From positions 77,376,001 to 77,440,000 of the forward strand of contig CM060731.1 in NCBI GenBank assembly GCA_030704615.1: 64,000 bases of DNA. The letters are read 5' to 3'. The position numbers were made by a program, and so were the translations under genes. The stretch is from Takakia lepidozioides (lineage: Eukaryota; Plantae; Bryophyta). Below the pieces are notes generated by a model. The model made no database searches and was not told where the DNA came from. It saw only the letters and a list, made by a program, of their open reading frames with translations. How positions within the stretch are numbered: position 1 is the first letter of the stretch; the number at the start of each line of letters is the position of its first letter. Below are positions 61,491-64,000 of the stretch, piece by piece.

Positions 61491-64000
61491 GACTTATCGT
61501 CCGGCTCGACAAAACTAGCCGCTTGACAGTGAAGAACCTGCGCCAGAATCTTGTGCGGTTGTGAAACTGGGGAAAAGGCAGGACAAGACAAAGGGAAAGG
61601 TCCTTTCTGCAGCTAGCTATCATTGAAGACCCAAATAGAGACATTGACCCCAGGGTACCGGGTTCAGGGGAGAGTGGCTGAAATCCCATCAAAGTGCTGA
61701 TTGATACAGGCAACACTCATAACCTGTTGTCAAAGGATTTTGTTGACAAGTTGGGACTAGTTCAAGAAGACATGCAACCCTATCAGATCTTGGTTACCAG
61801 ATGGATGGCGTGGATTTACGCACAAAACACATTCCAAAGGTACCGATGGTCATGCAAGGCATAAACTTGGCTGATTCGAGGTTTGGGAAGGGAGCTGATA
61901 CGACTGCACCTTAGCAGCGGTTGGATGGATCCGGTTGATGTTGTGGTGGCTTGCAAATACGGACTGGTTAGTGGTTACCTGGCCCAACGGGAAGGGATCA
62001 ATATTCAGACGGGAATAGGAGCGCTTCCCAATGTACCTTCTTGTCAGCTATTCAGGATGAAGAATGTTTGCGGAAGGGGAATGCTCAACTTTTTAATGTT
62101 TAGCTTGCAAGGAAGTCTTGGAAACAATATCAGAAACAAGGGAAGTCACATTCCGACTTGACATAATCCTGAATGAATATAAAGATATGTTCCTGATGAG
62201 ATCCCGGGATGCCCCTGAACGGGAGGGTTGATCATGCTATCGAGTTGATGTCAGATGCTTTGGTACCGGTTGTAGCAAGGGCACCGTTAAAGGCATTCAA
62301 TTGCAAGAGAGAGAAAGTGACGAGTTAGAAAGGCAGTTGACTGACCCCTATTGGGAAAAGGGGTATATACGTCCAAGTAAATCCCCTTGGGGTGCCCTGT
62401 AATGTTTAAGAAGAAGAAATACGGGACTTTGAGACTGTGTGTGGACTATACATGGTTGAAAAAGATCACCATCAAGAATAAGTTTCATTTGCCTTGTATG
62501 GATGATTTGTTTGACTATCTCTATGGAAGTCAGGTTTTTTCAAAACTTGATCTTCGGTCTGGATATCATCAGATACGGATCAAGGAATTTGACCATGACC
62601 ACCGACAGGATTTCGAATCTCGTTTTGGTCATTTACGAATTGTGGTGATGCCATTTGGGCTCACGAAATGTTAGCAACATTTACTCATCTCTGATGAATC
62701 TATGTTCAAGAAATAATTTGGGGAAAGATGGTCCTAGTCTACATGGATGATATACTAATATACTCGAAGTCTGAAGAAGAACATGAATAGCATCTACGCT
62801 TGATCTTAGACATATTGAGAGAGAACCATCTGTTTGCTAAGAGAAACAAATGTGAATTCTTTGTAGACCACATGGATTACTTGGGATTTTGCATCTCCAA
62901 AGATGGAATCTCAATTGATCCTAAGAAAGTCCAGACAGTGGTTGAATGGCCTAAGCCCAAGTAATAAGACTGAGGTCAGGAGCTTTATTGGGTTTGCTAG
63001 CTTCCTACGGAAGTTTGTCAAATCTTTTTCACAGACTGCAGCACCATTGACTGACCTGCTTAAGGACTCGAGTCCTGTAAGCTTGAGAGACGTCTGGACA
63101 AGAGAATGTGATGACAGTTTCGAGAAATTGAAGTTTGCCTTGACACATGCTCATGTACTGAGATTGCTCGATCCTACGAAGGGAGCAATCGTACTGTGTA
63201 CCGATGCAAGTGATCTTGCTATTGGGGCTGTGTTGATGCACGATGGGCAAGTGATTGCCAATGAATCTCGAAAGATCAGTCCAGCAGAAAAGAATTACCC
63301 AACTCATGAAAATGAACTGTTGGCAATAGTTTATGCTCTGAAGATATGGAGGCATTACCTGCTTCCAGTTGATTTTGTGATAGAAACTGACCATCAGAGT
63401 TTGAAATACTTGACCACACAGCCTCATTTGAGTCAGAGGCAGATTAGGTGGTCAGAACTGCTTCAGCAATTCCATTATGACCTAAAATATGTCAAGGGGA
63501 GAGAGAATGTGATTGCTGATGCACTTTCTAGGAGACCATTACAAGTTAATGTTGTCTAATGCGTCAGTAGCACTATATTTCAAGACATTAAAGGTCAGTA
63601 CGAGATAGATAAATTCTTCAAAGAGCCATTCAAGAGTTTGTCTCGTGACCAAAGAACTTCTATTGAGAAAGAGAAGTACCGGCCATACCTCTTGAGAGAT
63701 GGGGTGTTATTTTATGATGGTCGGCTGTGTGTTCCCTTGATTCCAGACTTGAGATTGCGGATTATTCATGACAATCACAATATTCCAATCTCAGGACACC
63801 CGGGCTTTCAGAGGACCTACTGGTCAATACGGAAGCATTATTTTTGGCCGGGAATGAAAAGAGAGATCAAAGAATATGTACGGAAATGTTTCCCTTGTCA
63901 GGTGTCGAAGTCAGGAAGAGTTAGACCTCTTGGATTACTACAACCATTATCTGTTCCTGGATGGAATTGGGAATCCATTAGCATGGATTTCATTGTGGCA
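61491..64000 (+). pseudogene. pol: Family C pol
   Basis: [73 protein letters not shown]. Confidence 0.9.

Larger units (their letters stand above)
48430..64000 (+). mobile_element. Gypsy family C (tRNA-iMet primed), interrupted by family B copy 2; LTR start approximate; runs off the window
   Basis: LTR end ..TTTCA at 48838, then PBS, gag, and (after 61490) protease, RT, RNase H and integrase. Confidence 0.8.

Overview
Repeat-dense eukaryotic DNA, most likely an early-diverging land plant (inference from a B3-domain gene, an S-protein-homologue gene and the Ty3/gypsy lineages). It is mostly nested retrotransposons. Family A (about 198-17611) is a non-chromovirus gypsy with an internal inversion, a deleted second copy and extra 5' and 3' ORFs. 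Family B occurs twice (25036-~33620 minus; 50014-61486 plus). Its pol runs protease, DNMT3-like C5 cytosine methyltransferase, RT, RNase H, DDE integrase, PHD finger. Its termini are not normal LTR pairs: the LTR appears split at an internal palindrome (GACA-GC-TGTC), giving Y-internal-X with a 4-bp TSD in one copy and internal-X-Y-X in the other. That is the pattern expected if 1-LTR and 2-LTR circles were opened inside the LTR and integrated. Family B also has a candidate self-priming site, a conserved TAG-CTAG gag/pol stop and a 5' intron missing from one copy. Also present: two further degenerate gypsy elements, DNA-transposon-like debris with a SEN1/UPF1-type helicase fragment, a spliced ParB-motif pseudogene beside an array of 28-bp palindromes, and a small host-gene island (secreted protein, SPH, B3). 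There is a 500-N gap at 7179-7678. About 57200-62900 is very indel-rich and probably poor consensus. All calls were made by eye; no searches were run.
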